NCBI RefSeq assembly: GCF_006345805.1
Contig: NC_043022.1
Location: 7,130,001 to 7,194,000, forward strand
Reading direction: 5' to 3'
Source: Octopus sinensis
Lineage: Eukaryota
DNA: 64,000 nucleotides
Every line of letters begins with the position of its first letter. Within the stretch, counting starts at the first letter, position 1. The notes beneath the pieces were generated by a model. The model was not told where the DNA came from. It saw only the letters and a list, made by a program, of their open reading frames with translations, and ran no database searches. Below, in pieces: positions 63,716-64,000 of this stretch. The position numbers and the translations under genes were made by a program.

Positions 63716-64000
63716 GCACCTGTGCCAGTGGCACATAAAAAACACCATCCGAGCGTGGCCGTCTGGCACCTGTGTCGGTGGCACATAAAAAACACCATCC
63801 GAGCGTGGCCGTCTGCCAGCCTCGTCTGGCACCTGTGTCGGTGGCACATAAAAAACACCATCCGAGCGTGGCCGTCTGCCAGCCTCGTCTGGCACCTGTG
63901 TCGGTGGCACATAAAAAACACCATCCGAGCGTGGCCGTTCGCCAGCCTCGTCTGGCACCTGTGTCGGTGGCACATAAAAAACACCATCCGAGCGTGGCCG
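63716..64000 (+). repeat. 63-bp tandem array (family C internal unit), runs off the window end
   Basis: gcacataaaa starts at 63731, 63781, 63844, 63907 and 63970 (first unit 50 bp, then period 63). Confidence 0.93.

Noticed and set aside
63716-64000. CRISPR-like array with partly palindromic repeats
   Set aside because: Units are contiguous and essentially identical with no unique spacers, there are no cas genes, and the context is eukaryotic.

Overview
Eukaryotic, AT-rich, repeat-dense genomic DNA, most likely from an octopus or other coleoid cephalopod (inferred from the SINE and microsatellite landscape, not proven). The only host gene I can support is a Nemo-like kinase (NLK) on the minus strand. 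Six coding exons were read by hand: 20128-20257, 15531-15586, 12235-12341, 8800-8885, 4720-4929 and 969-1157. They splice in frame into a MAPK-family kinase domain with the NLK-specific TQE activation loop. The canonical first exon (GxGxFG loop) and the C-terminal exons were not found, so 20258-64000 is probably all intron 1. The intron at 12342-15530 is a minor-spliceosome (U12-type) intron. The rest is mobile DNA: four tRNA-headed or SINE-like families; piggyBac-type, Mutator-type and other MITEs; a nearly full-length DD36E Tc1-like transposon; RTE, CR1/L2, L1/Tx1 and HERO LINE fragments; a Helitron 3' end; and Penelope-like fold-back insertions carrying minimal hammerhead ribozymes. Most provided ORFs are microsatellite or SINE artefacts. 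The most unusual signal is a complete set of hammerhead core motifs in a non-canonical, doubly pseudoknotted order in the 3' UTR of the HERO fragment (18010-18075). Also notable are several hammerheads lying on the NLK pre-mRNA strand, a candidate poison micro-exon and a candidate alternative first exon.
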